Assembly: GCA_963814275.1 (NCBI GenBank)
Contig: CAWFCE010000001.1
Span: 323,307 to 387,306, forward strand
Length of the DNA stretch: 64,000 bases
Origin: Candidatus Parcubacteria bacterium
GTDB lineage: Bacteria; Patescibacteriota; Patescibacteriia; Patescibacteriales; UBA12075
Direction of reading: 5' to 3'
Below are positions 16,662-26,645 of this stretch, piece after piece (position 1 is the stretch's first letter; every line of letters starts with the position of its first letter). The notes beneath the pieces were generated by a model. The model saw nothing but the letters and a program-made list of their open reading frames with translations. It was not told the DNA's origin and ran no database searches. The position numbers and the translations under genes are program-made.

Positions 16662-18155
16662 ATGAAAAAAGTATTTATTGCATTATTCACACTATTACTG
16701 GCATTACCCCTGTCGGCCCGTGGGAGCGGCGATATGGCCGGCCGGCTGGCCGGGCGGATATTGCTGCAGGTCCAGGGCAACGGCGAGGCCTGGTATATCG
16801 AACCGGGTGCGGGCATGCGCGCTTATCTGGGCCGTCCCGCAGACGCATTCCGGATAATGCGTGAGCAGGGCCAGGGCATTACCAATGCCGACCTTGGGCG
16901 TATTCCGATCGGCCTGTCCGCACCGACCGGACCCGATACGGACGGCGACGGTCTTTCGGATCTCCTGGAGGATGCGGTCGGGACCGACAAGGCCAAGGCT
17001 GACACCGATAGCGACGGTTATTCCGACGCAGATGAGCTCAAGAATGGCTATGATCCGCGCAGCGGCGCGGTTTATCAAACTGATGCCGCTTTCAGTACGC
17101 TCCAGTCCGGCAAGATCTTCCTCCAGGTAGAGAAGCACGGGGAAGCCTGGTATGTCAATCCGGGCGACCATAAACGCTATTTCCTGGGCCGGCCGGCCGA
17201 CGCTTTCCAGGTGATGCGCGAGCAGGGTCTGGGCGTCACGAACGCCGATTTGGAAAAAGTTCCCGTGGATGAGAATTACTACGTGACGGAAACCATCAAG
17301 CGGAAAGTCGCGGATTTCATCAATAAGAACCTGACGCAGCCGGGGAGTGAGGCCACTATTGTAAACATTACTCCGGAAGGTGATATGTACCGGGTGGAAA
17401 TAAGATTATCGAGCGGCCAGGAAATCACCTCATACACCGATAAGGCGGTAACCAAATTCTTTCCCCAGGCCCTGGATATGGATCAGCCGCCGGTCCAGCC
17501 GGCCGCGCCGGCCGCGCCGGTAACGCCCGAAAATCTTACGAAAACGGACAAGCCGACCGTCGAGCTCTTCGTGATGAGCTATTGCCCATACGGCGTACAA
17601 ATGGAGAAGGCGATCCTGCCGGTCGTGGCTACGCTCGGCAGCGCGATCGATTTTGAGATCAAATTCGTCGACTATGCCATGCATGGCAAAAAGGAAGTCG
17701 ATGAAAACCTGCGCCAGTACTGTCTCGAAAAAAATAACCAGACAGAGTATTTATCTTATCTGGAATGTTTTCTCGCCGACGGCGACAGCGGACGCTGTTT
17801 AACCGCAACCGGCATTGCCACTTCGACCCTGGACGCCTGCATGGCCGCGACTGACGAAGAATACGGCATTAATGCCGCATATGAAGACAAGTCGACCTGG
17901 CGGGGAAATTATCCTTCCTTTGCGACCAACGCGGTTGACGCGAAAAAATACAGCGTATCCGGTTCGCCGACCCTGGTGATAAACGGCAGCAAGCTTACCA
18001 TCAACCGCAGCCCGCAAAGCCTGCTGGAAGCGATTTGCGGCGCGTTTACAGCTGAGCCGGCCGAATGTTTGACGACATTACCGCTTGAACCGGCGTCTGC
18101 CGGTTTCGGGTATAACGGCACAGCCGCAGCCGGCACCGCTGATTGCGGGCCTTAG
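16662..18155 (+). CDS. secreted multidomain protein: 2x GEAWY(I/V)xP repeat, Ca-binding-like DxDxDG stretch, C-terminal thioredoxin-fold (DsbA-like) domain
   Basis: Signal peptide; repeats GRILLQVQGNGEAWYIEPG...GITNADL and GKIFLQVEKHGEAWYVNPG...GVTNADL; DTDGDGLSD..DTDSDGYSD; VELFVMSYCPYG. Confidence 0.7.
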   Translation: MKKVFIALFTLLLALPLSARGSGDMAGRLAGRILLQVQGNGEAWYIEPGAGMRAYLGRPADAFRIMREQGQGITNADLGRIPIGLSAPTGPDTDGDGLSDLLEDAVGTDKAKADTDSDGYSDADELKNGYDPRSGAVYQTDAAFSTLQSGKIFLQVEKHGEAWYVNPGDHKRYFLGRPADAFQVMREQGLGVTNADLEKVPVDENYYVTETIKRKVADFINKNLTQPGSEATIVNITPEGDMYRVEIRLSSGQEITSYTDKAVTKFFPQALDMDQPPVQPAAPAAPVTPENLTKTDKPTVELFVMSYCPYGVQMEKAILPVVATLGSAIDFEIKFVDYAMHGKKEVDENLRQYCLEKNNQTEYLSYLECFLADGDSGRCLTATGIATSTLDACMAATDEEYGINAAYEDKSTWRGNYPSFATNAVDAKKYSVSGSPTLVINGSKLTINRSPQSLLEAICGAFTAEPAECLTTLPLEPASAGFGYNGTAAAGTADCGP

Positions 18156-18387
18156 CGTGCAGCGCGCGGCATGCTTCCCGTCATAAAAGGCAATTTAATT
18201 TTATAATGTATATTTATGATGATTATAATAGTCGGCGTAATCTTTGTCGCGTTAGCAATCGGAGCGATTGCAATGGGTGTGAGAGAGGACGCAAAAAAAG
18301 AGAAAAAGGAAAAGTAACGGCAGAATCCGGATGTTTAATTAAACAGCTATTAAGGGAAATATAAAGGAAGGGCTAGACTATATCAGC

Positions 18388-18415
18388 GTAGGTACGCGCC
18401 ATGGCGCGTACCTAC
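18388..18415. repeat. perfect 28-bp palindrome
   Basis: gtaggtacgcgcca|tggcgcgtacctac; a partial copy (acgcgccgtggcgcgtacctac) lies at 14153-14178. Confidence 0.85.
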
Positions 18416-18535
18416 AGACGTGGAAAAATTTTCAGTATGCTTTCTACTGATGGGTATTTTACGGATGGTATTGACAAGTTATGTGTTTCGTGTTAATATA
18501 TATATAATTAAAAACAACATAAAAAGGGGGATATT

Positions 18536-18718
18536 ATGACGAAATGTACATTGGCAGAAAATAACAATGGTGGGTTTAGCTTTTCGAAACCGATTATTCT
18601 GGACCAAGATGGCGTTCGGGAAGCAGCCCAGATGGACTATAACCAGGAAAAGGGGCTGTGTCCCCTGGACCGCAGCCAGATCCAGGACCTGATGGCGGCG
18701 GTCGAGGCGTCGTGTTGA
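18536..18718 (+). CDS. small hypothetical protein (60 aa)
   Basis: AAAGGGGG RBS and a strong downstream terminator. Confidence 0.55.
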   Translation: MTKCTLAENNNGGFSFSKPIILDQDGVREAAQMDYNQEKGLCPLDRSQIQDLMAAVEASC

Positions 18719-18746
18719 TCGGCGCCAACAATATAGACAATCATAG

Positions 18747-18784
18747 CGCCCCGTTGCGAACCATGCGGCGGGGCGATTTTTTTT
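18747..18784 (+). terminator. intrinsic terminator
   Basis: cgccccg/cggggcg stem followed by T8. Confidence 0.75.
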
Positions 18785-18847
18785 GTGATTATTTTGTTAA
18801 GAAGACATGTAAATATAAAAACTAAAGTTGTGCACATTTTTTATAAG

Positions 18848-19133
18848 AAAAAAAGGACTCTCGTTGAGAGTCCTAAAGGTAAAAAAGGTATCACGCCGTG
18901 ATGCTGGCGTCCGAAGCTTCGGCGATGTCCTTTGCCCGGGGCATTATAACTGATCCTGTAATCGATGTAGGACTACACTTATGGGCCTTAGCTGTCGGTC
19001 TGGGCCGGTATCGTTTAACAAAACGATATCGTAAAATTCACGAAATCCGCCCTTTAGCGCCGTTACCCTATTCGGGAATTGCCTCAAAATTGACGACAAT
19101 GCGTGTTCTTAGGACGCGTTCCCTTTTTTACTT
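18848..19133 (-). ncRNA. candidate structured sRNA, family unknown
   Basis: Minus-strand TTGACA(19162-19167)-16 nt-TGaTAATAT(19140-19145); GC-rich body with several hairpins; terminator ggactctc/gagagtcc (18855-18873) plus U7; no minus-strand ORF of 60 aa or more. Confidence 0.45.
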
Positions 19134-19394
19134 AATAATATATTATCATTTTATTTTATATTGTCAAATCGGATTGCCAATTTCGCGGATTACCCCAAAA
19201 GCGTAAACCGATGCGGATCCGCTTTTGTTATAAATAATTTTTTGGCAACAATTATCCTAATCCACGACAGACAAAATTCGCGCAGGATTTATTTCGGCTG
19301 TTACCTGGCATACCCCCGTATGGGGTATTTTTTTATTATTTTATAGTGTGTTAAAATTAAAAAAGCAAATAACCATTTATATTAAATAATCTAT

Positions 19395-19955
19395 ATGGCC
19401 GACAAAAAGCAAACATTGGCTCAGGAACTGACTGAGTTATTGGCAGGGATCGGGAAAAGCGAAACGATAAGCAAATACCGGGAGAAAATCAGGCAAGGGC
19501 GGCTGACCCGGGACGAGGATCCGGAAAGCCATTTTTGCGTCTATTTCGCCCCTTATGATCCGGAGGCGAAGCAGGTGTTTTTCGGGCACCATAAGAAAGC
19601 CGGACTTTGGCTTTTTAACGGCGGACATATCGACGCAGGCGAAACCGTCAGGGAAACACTGGAGCGGGAGATCGGCGAAGAGTGGGGGCTGGAGGCCTCC
19701 GGTTTCCGCATCTGGGAGCCGGCCTTATTTACGATCACGGAAATCGATAACCCCGGCAAGCAGGCCTGCCGCCGGCATCATGATATCTGGTTTTTCATTC
19801 CGGTAAAAAAGGATGAATTCCGGCCCGCTTCGGATAAGCTGGCCGTCGAATACCATGAAACAGGCTGGAAAGGCATTCCGGAGGCGCTAGCTATTGCCCA
19901 GGATCCCAGCACCCGGGAGGCCATTGGGTTTATCGAAAAGGAGCTAATGGATTGA
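19395..19955 (+). CDS. Nudix hydrolase
   Basis: Nudix box GGHIDAGETVRETLEREIGEEWGL. Confidence 0.8.
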   Translation: MADKKQTLAQELTELLAGIGKSETISKYREKIRQGRLTRDEDPESHFCVYFAPYDPEAKQVFFGHHKKAGLWLFNGGHIDAGETVRETLEREIGEEWGLEASGFRIWEPALFTITEIDNPGKQACRRHHDIWFFIPVKKDEFRPASDKLAVEYHETGWKGIPEALAIAQDPSTREAIGFIEKELMD

Positions 19956-19982
19956 ACACGCAGTATATTAATAAATTCAATT

Positions 19983-20414
19983 ATGAAAGCAGAATACGGT
20001 TTCAGTCCAATGCATATCGCGCCCTGCGGCATGAATTGCGGCATTTGTTCCGCTTATTTGCGGGCCAAAAATAAATGCCCGGGTTGCCGGGGAGCGGACG
20101 AAGGCAAACCGGTGACGAGGCTAAGCTGCCGCATCAAGACCTGCGGATTTTTCGTTTCCGGGAAAACGGAATATTGTTTTGCATGCGATGAATATCCCTG
20201 TGCGAATTTAGCGCATCTCGATAAGCGCTACCGGAACAAATACCATATGAGCATGATAGACAATCTCGAAGATATTAAAAAATCCGGGATGCGGAAATTT
20301 CTCAAGTCCCAGAAACTGCGCTGGACCTGCAAAAATTGCGGCGGCACCATAAATGTTCACCGGGGAGTATGCGCCGATTGTGGTAAAGAATCCGTAATTT
20401 GTAGCAACAGATGA
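19983..20414 (+). CDS. DUF3795-like Cys-rich protein
   Basis: CGMNCGICSAY....KCPGCRG and further CxxC pairs. Confidence 0.65.
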   Translation: MKAEYGFSPMHIAPCGMNCGICSAYLRAKNKCPGCRGADEGKPVTRLSCRIKTCGFFVSGKTEYCFACDEYPCANLAHLDKRYRNKYHMSMIDNLEDIKKSGMRKFLKSQKLRWTCKNCGGTINVHRGVCADCGKESVICSNR

Positions 20415-20456
20415 TTTATATTTTAAGTATATTGTTAACGCCTTTGGAGTTAGAAA

Positions 20457-20990
20457 ATGAACATGAAGATTAACAGAAAATTTTTTTGGATAATTATATC
20501 ATCGGCGATTATAATAATCACAATATCGTTATTATTAATTTTCGCTGTCGTTTATATTTACCCCACTTCCCTTACCCCACCCACCCGTTTGGCGGGGCAA
20601 TATAACGATAAAGTGGGTCGTTTAGGATTCGGTTTTTTCGATATTGTGGTAAACGGCCAAAGCGTAGGTGAAGGCGAACCGGTTATAATTCATGACAATA
20701 ATATGGTTGGAGTCACTACTGCAATAAACCACTCTGTTTTCAAGAACATTGACATAAAGATATTTGTAGATAATAAATTAATAACCCGTAAGCTTTGCCA
20801 AAAGAATGATAGTGATCTGCAATTTGACATGTTAACAATTACCGGCAGTTCGAAAAATAATGGGATGACCTTAAAGATTCTTTTAACAGGCTATCGCAGT
20901 GAAGATAGCCTTGGTTTCAAAAAGGATACAAAATTTCAGGCTTATCAGTCAAATTATATTGTCTACGAACGCCAGTCAGTGGGTAATTAA
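20457..20990 (+). CDS. membrane-anchored hypothetical protein (177 aa)
   Basis: N-terminal TM span; coding region markedly more AT-rich than its neighbours. Confidence 0.5.
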   Translation: MNMKINRKFFWIIISSAIIIITISLLLIFAVVYIYPTSLTPPTRLAGQYNDKVGRLGFGFFDIVVNGQSVGEGEPVIIHDNNMVGVTTAINHSVFKNIDIKIFVDNKLITRKLCQKNDSDLQFDMLTITGSSKNNGMTLKILLTGYRSEDSLGFKKDTKFQAYQSNYIVYERQSVGN

Positions 20991-21020
20991 AATATATGTA
21001 AATATTATCTGAATAAATAC

Positions 21021-21722
21021 ATGAAAAAGAAAAAGATTTATCTGGTGTTTTCACCCCATCCTGATGACCTGGACTTCTCCTGCGCCGGCACCGCGGCCAA
21101 ATTGACGGCTGATGGTAATGAGGTCGTCTATTGTATCATTACCGACGGCAGCAAAGGGACGCAATCGGTCAGGCAGCCGAAAAAAGAGCTGATCGCTATC
21201 CGGCAGCGTGAACAGAAGGCAGCCGCGGCTACAGTCGGAGTGAAGCGAGTTATCTTCCTGGGGCAGACCGACGGCGAGCTTGAACACACCCCGGCGCTCA
21301 GGAAAAAGATCGTCGCAGCGATCCGCCGGGTCAAGCCGAACGTGATTTTGTCATTCGATCCGGCCAACCGGGGTTTCGATAATTTCTACCGCTATCACCG
21401 TGACCACCGCGTGGCGGCGGAGGCGGTCTATGACGCGGTCTATCCGGCAGCCGGCTCGCCGGTTTTCTTCCCCGAACTTTCTAAGCGGGGACTGAAGGCG
21501 CACCAGATCGACGAGGTCTGGTTCTATATACCGGAGCGGCCCAACCTATATATCGATATCGCGAAGACGATAGACCGCAAGATCGCGGCCCTGCTCTGCC
21601 ACAAAAGCCAGATGGGCGATGCGGCCGGCCTGGAAAAGCGTATCCGGCAATGGGCCCGCGAGCAGGGGAAGCTGAAGAAAATGCGTTACGCCGAGACATT
21701 CCGCCGCGTGGCATTGAATTAG
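21021..21722 (+). CDS. PIG-L / LmbE family deacetylase
   Basis: SPHPDDLDF motif and the later HRDH / H.SQ pattern. Confidence 0.8.
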   Translation: MKKKKIYLVFSPHPDDLDFSCAGTAAKLTADGNEVVYCIITDGSKGTQSVRQPKKELIAIRQREQKAAAATVGVKRVIFLGQTDGELEHTPALRKKIVAAIRRVKPNVILSFDPANRGFDNFYRYHRDHRVAAEAVYDAVYPAAGSPVFFPELSKRGLKAHQIDEVWFYIPERPNLYIDIAKTIDRKIAALLCHKSQMGDAAGLEKRIRQWAREQGKLKKMRYAETFRRVALN

Positions 21723-21898
21723 TTTTTAGTGTTTGACTAATTGCTAAATTTAAGGTAAATTATATTAATTATAAACGAGCCTTCAGGGAGTAAAAGATGG
21801 TTCGTTTTTATTTGGCCCTTTGAAAATTATCAGGAACTGGCATCAATCATATTGGCTTTTTAGACATTATCGCCCTGACAACAAAAGGAGGTTTCAAA

Positions 21899-23178
21899 TG
21901 TACTTGTTTGATATTATAGTCCGTTCTGACAGCCATGCCTTAGGCGCGGTCATCGTGTGCATTTTGGGCGCGGCGATGTGCATTTTGGGCAACTGGTTGA
22001 TCGAATGGTATCGGAAAGGCGCCGAAACCAAGCGCCGGCGGGTAATATTCACATTGAATTACGCGTTGGCTTTTTACGCTGTTGGCTTGTTCATTACCGG
22101 TAATTATTTGTGGTCGGAGAGATCAAGCGTCGGCGCCTGGACGACCATCCTTGTTTGTTTTATCGCGGCATTTTGTCTGTGCGCGTACCTTCTCCTGTTT
22201 CATCCGTTATTTGGCTTGGCCTCGGAGGAATACCAGTCTTTTCACGCCAAGGCCGTATTATTTTTTGTCGCATCTTTCTTTCTTACCGTTATTTTTAACG
22301 GTTATTATGAAGATTTTGCGATGCTCGGATATTCACTGCGGCAAAAAAACGACTGGCAGCTGGCCAAAGTCGTAAATTTGGATTTGTCGGCCAAAGAGGC
22401 GGCTGAAGCCATGGAAAAATATCGAGAACGTGCCGTACCGGGCATTGGCGAAGTTACCGATGGCAGCAGCCAAGCTAAACACTCGCCGATCCCGGAGTAT
22501 TATGAGGGAATTGTCGATTTACGCAATCATTTTGGTTATTCGGCCAACTTGGAGAAATACGCCGATAGCTTAACCGGGAGCGAGAGAGAGCTTTGGCTCG
22601 GGTATGGTTATTTTTTTACGAATAAAGATTGGGCCAAAGCACATTTCGACCAGACCGAAGAAGCCGATATGGAGGCTATTTTGCAGTTTTATAAAGCCGG
22701 TGACGCGATTTCCACTGAAGGAATGCTTGAACATTGGGTACTCTTCAACAGGACATTTCGGCCTAAATGCCGCTGGCTGCCGGCGAAAATTTTAGACAGA
22801 ATGAACAACTTGATGGTATATATGATTTATTATGAAACCGGAAAGGATTTTTTCCGAGAATTGAATTATCGGTTCGATAACAAGATGCCGGAGACGTCCG
22901 AATATCATTATCGGCAAATTAAGATTATTAGAAGCTATCTGACGGATCCGGAGGAAAAGTTCAAAATATTGATGCAGGAGCTTAACCATCTGGTTCTGGC
23001 CCACATGATACTGATCGGTCCGAAACTTTCCTTGCCGGACCAGACGACTGTGTATGCCAGAAAAATATTTGCGATTTCGATTTGTCCTATTTTTTTAGCG
23101 GTACTGTTTTGCGTGAATTTTTGGTATCATAGCCTGCGCGCCGTATTTTCAAAAGCGCGGACAGTGGCGGGCCCGTGA
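21899..23178 (+). CDS. polytopic membrane protein, hypothetical
   Basis: ATG at 21899 follows AAAGGAGG; the track ORF (from 21820) extends upstream without an RBS. Confidence 0.55.
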
Positions 23179-23347
23179 ATGACGGCCGTGTTCCGGATAA
23201 AGCAAAAGGCAGGTTCCTAGTACCCTGCCTTTTTTATAAGGATAAATTAAAATTGGCGCTCAGCAGTTATTATTTTTTATTAATTGTCGTCGGTTTACTA
23301 TTTTTCGATAAAATGTTAGAATATTTAGGAAAAATGATAATAAAATT

Positions 23348-24913
23348 ATGGATATTCATAATACCGGGCGGGTTCCGGCAATGGCGAAATCGGAGAAGAA
23401 CCGCGACAACGGTTCTTTGTCCACAAACATAAGCGGTTCGGCCAAGTTAACAAGAAGTCTTCTCGTTAATATGGTCTGGTGCCTGGGACTGGCGTTGTTC
23501 TGGGTAGTTTTCATTTGGGGGTTTTGGGACAGGGGCGTATTTGCCCTGGGCATGAATGCGTTCGTGTTTAGCGCGGCAGTCTTGGCATTGTTCATTTCTA
23601 TCCTTTACCGCCACAGCCATTACGGAACAAAAGATTTGGTCTGGATAATCCCGCTTTTTCTGATAGCTCTAAGCTATCTCATATACGATAATCCGTTCAT
23701 CAAGGCGGTCAATATGCTTATTTTCCCCGCGCTGATCGCGGTTTTCATCAATTACGGCTTTCTCTCCGACAAGAATAAGAAATACTGGGACCTGGATTTC
23801 GCCTATCATATCGTCGGCCGGATATTGTCGCTTATCGCGAAAATTCCCGCCGCCGCCAATTACTATATCGATATGGTGATCCCGAGAAGCAAGCACGGCC
23901 GGGGAACGGTCCGCAAGTCCGTTTTGGGGACGCTCCTGTTCCTGATCATCGCATTCACCGTGATCATTCCGCTCCTGTCCGCGGCCGACAGCGTATTTGC
24001 CGCCCGGATCGAAGTGGTCTACGGCTGGTTTCGGGATCTTTTCTCCGAGGTGTTCGTGTACAAGATTCTCGTTTTCATCGCCTTATCCGTCTTATTGTTC
24101 TCGGCCCTGTTGGCCTGGACCCGCGGGCACAATCTCCGCGACCGGGATGGGGCCGGCAAGAAGATCGACCCGATCGTGTCCGGGATCGTCCTCTCCGGCA
24201 TCCTGGCCCTTTATCTCTTCTTTCTCTGGGTGCAGGTCGAGCGGCTCTGGGTGGGCAGCTTGCCGTTCGAGTTCAAGGAGACGGAAAGCCTGGTCAAAAG
24301 CGGCTTCTGGCAGCTTTTCTTCCTGACCGGCCTCAATACGCTGATCTATTTCTTTACCTACCGCAAGACCAATAAGGCCGTCCAGCATATCCTGGGCGGT
24401 TTTACCGCCGCCTCGCTCCTCCTCTTGGTATCGGCCGGGGAGCGGATGGCCCTTTATGTGGTCAATTACGGGTTTAGCTACGAGAAATTTTTCGCGTCTT
24501 ATACCGTCCTTTATTCTGCTATCCTCTTTGCCTGGCTTATTTACCAATTGTTCAGGAAAGACAAAGCCAACATACTCAAGTTCCTGGTATTCCTTTTTCT
24601 CTGGATGTACGCGCTGATCACGGTCTTTCCGGTCGAGCAGTTCATCCTGCGCGCGAACGTGGCGCTCGCCCGGCGTCCGGATTCGCGCATCCGGCTCTAC
24701 GAATTGACCATGCTTTCGACCGACGTGCTCGGGCTGGCGAAAAAATACGACAGCGAGGGCGTCCTGCGCGAGCAAGCCGGCTACCTGGAGCGGGAGAACG
24801 GGGAGGCGGATAACGAGGAATTCGACTGGCAGCCGTGGATCGACAAGCAGGAGAAGCGGATTACGGACAAGAAATGGTATGAGAAAAATCTCATGAATTT
24901 CGTAAACTACTGA
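23348..24913 (+). CDS. large polytopic membrane protein (possibly DUF4153/DUF4173-like)
   Basis: At least 10 hydrophobic spans; family assignment is from memory only. Confidence 0.6.
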   Translation: MDIHNTGRVPAMAKSEKNRDNGSLSTNISGSAKLTRSLLVNMVWCLGLALFWVVFIWGFWDRGVFALGMNAFVFSAAVLALFISILYRHSHYGTKDLVWIIPLFLIALSYLIYDNPFIKAVNMLIFPALIAVFINYGFLSDKNKKYWDLDFAYHIVGRILSLIAKIPAAANYYIDMVIPRSKHGRGTVRKSVLGTLLFLIIAFTVIIPLLSAADSVFAARIEVVYGWFRDLFSEVFVYKILVFIALSVLLFSALLAWTRGHNLRDRDGAGKKIDPIVSGIVLSGILALYLFFLWVQVERLWVGSLPFEFKETESLVKSGFWQLFFLTGLNTLIYFFTYRKTNKAVQHILGGFTAASLLLLVSAGERMALYVVNYGFSYEKFFASYTVLYSAILFAWLIYQLFRKDKANILKFLVFLFLWMYALITVFPVEQFILRANVALARRPDSRIRLYELTMLSTDVLGLAKKYDSEGVLREQAGYLERENGEADNEEFDWQPWIDKQEKRITDKKWYEKNLMNFVNY

Positions 24914-25009
24914 ACGTAACTTTATTTAATTTACAATTTTGATCTATAGACGTAAAAAGACCGAGGTTCAAATCCCCGGTCTTTTCTAATGTACGATCCA
25001 AAAGAATGG

Positions 25010-25414
25010 CTACTGCAATCTATTAGTGGACAAAATACCGCCAGTCACATAAAAGGCCGCTTCCTCCCATGCTTCATTTGCCAGGTCACAATTCGTTTCC
25101 GACCAGCAGGCTAGGCGTTTTTCTTCTTCCTCGCTAAAAGAGGTTTCTTGCTGGAGCAGGGCTGTATACAGATAACAGGCAGCAACGAACTTAATGTCGA
25201 TGGGAAAAAGCGATATTTCAACGGTTTTGAAATCCTGTTTTTCCGCGTATTCGATCAATATGCGAAAGGGGTCATCATTTTCCAGTATTAGGAACAGGGT
25301 TTCTCTGGCGGCGACGGCTTCCTCGTCGTTTACGAGGCTCATTTCTCCGATAATGTTGATCAAATTGCATTCGTATTTATTGCAATCTTCACAAGATAAA
25401 CAGTTATTATCCAT
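25010..25414 (-). CDS. acidic Cys-containing hypothetical protein (134 aa)
   Basis: GGGAGG RBS; N-terminal CLSCEDCNKYEC. Confidence 0.5.
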   Translation of the reverse strand: MDNNCLSCEDCNKYECNLINIIGEMSLVNDEEAVAARETLFLILENDDPFRILIEYAEKQDFKTVEISLFPIDIKFVAACYLYTALLQQETSFSEEEEKRLACWSETNCDLANEAWEEAAFYVTGGILSTNRLQ

Positions 25415-25586
25415 TGGTTTCCTCCCTGGTTTATTGTCGTTGTGTGTAATTGCGGGCCCACTTTATAGATAATAAAAAATAATATATCATAATAGGATTA
25501 ATGTCAAAACAGATATATAGTTTTATTTTCTGCCAATACAAAAAAGCCGGAGAGAATACTCTCGCGGTTTTTTATTATGACACGGC

Positions 25587-26645
25587 CTAAAGCAGGCGGC
25601 GGATCGGGGATAGTATGGCTTCCATCAGGCGCTGCCAGTATGAGCGGCGGTTCCAGTCGGCGAGCGTATAGGGCTTGGCGGTAGCGATCAGACGTTTCAT
25701 GATCCTGGCCATCGGATCGGTCAGGGCCGGTTCCGATCCCGAGACAGCCAGTTCGTAGTTAAAAAGTACCGAGCGGTAGTCGAAATTGGACGAGCTGATA
25801 AGCGCTGTCCGGCCGTCCACCAGGATCGCCTTGCCATGGAGAAAAGGGCCGGTATGGGCGTAGAGTCGGCAGCCGGCGCTGAGCAATTGCCCGAAATAGC
25901 GGTAGCGGAAAAGATCGACTATCCGGATGTCCGAGCGATGAGGAAAGATAAGCGAGATCTTTACGCCGCGGCGGGCCAAGGCAACCAGGCGGGCGCGCAA
26001 TTTCAGGCCGAATACCGGATAGGGGCTGGCGACGATAATCTCATGGCGGGCGCTTTTGAAAAGCCGGTATGCTTGGTGCAGAATGGGCGAAATGATCCCG
26101 GGCAGATCGCGGAAGATCGTGTAGGGACCGCAGGCCAAAGGTTTCTGGAAACGGTGCGGTATGAGCCGGCGTTTGTCCCGGCGGTGGTAATTTTCGTAGA
26201 AGATATTGCGTAAGACGCGAGTTTCGGCGCCGGATAGCCTGACGGTGAATTCAGTATATTCGAGGCCGTTATCGTATATATTGGTCGAGCCCAGATAGGC
26301 GATCCGGTCGTCGATCACGAACAGCTTGCGGTGGTCGCTTTCGTTAATATCCCGAAAAAACCGGTAGTGGAAAATAGTCTTGTGAAAAAATCTAACTTCA
26401 CCGCCTGCCAGGATAAGCTCCTTAAAAAAGCCCAAATGCGTGCCGAATGAACCGACATAATCCAGGAGCACTCTGACCAGTACGCCGGCCCGGGCGCGCT
26501 CGGCCAGAAGGCGAACGAAGCGCCGGCCGGTCGCGTCCGGGTAGAAAATATAAGATTCGATCAGGATGCGTGACCGGGCATTCCTGATATCCGCCTCCAG
26601 GCTATCGTAAAGCTTTCGGTTATTTTCGTAGATTTTTGTTTCCAT
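25587..26645 (-). CDS. phospholipase D family protein (cardiolipin synthase-like, no TM segment)
   Basis: Two HKD motifs: HRKLFVID..GSTN and HGKAILVD..SSSN. Confidence 0.8.
   Translation of the reverse strand: METKIYENNRKLYDSLEADIRNARSRILIESYIFYPDATGRRFVRLLAERARAGVLVRVLLDYVGSFGTHLGFFKELILAGGEVRFFHKTIFHYRFFRDINESDHRKLFVIDDRIAYLGSTNIYDNGLEYTEFTVRLSGAETRVLRNIFYENYHRRDKRRLIPHRFQKPLACGPYTIFRDLPGIISPILHQAYRLFKSARHEIIVASPYPVFGLKLRARLVALARRGVKISLIFPHRSDIRIVDLFRYRYFGQLLSAGCRLYAHTGPFLHGKAILVDGRTALISSSNFDYRSVLFNYELAVSGSEPALTDPMARIMKRLIATAKPYTLADWNRRSYWQRLMEAILSPIRRLL

Noticed and set aside
18216-18317. 33-codon ORF encoding a single-TM peptide (MMIIIVGVIFVALAIGAIAMGVREDAKKEKKEK)
   Set aside because: It is plausible as a small membrane peptide, but there is no RBS and no supporting conservation available, so it is not reported as a feature.
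18898-19206. 102-aa + strand ORF
   Set aside because: It has no RBS, spans a minus-strand promoter and terminator, and its composition and sequence look non-protein-like. The region is interpreted as a minus-strand sRNA.
24950-24992. tRNA T-arm-like sequence gaccgaGGTTCAAATCCccggtc, a possible tRNA fragment or att site
   Set aside because: There is no D-arm, anticodon arm or acceptor stem in the AT-rich upstream sequence. The stem (aagaccg/cggtctt) followed by a TTTT tail reads as an ordinary terminator between convergent genes.
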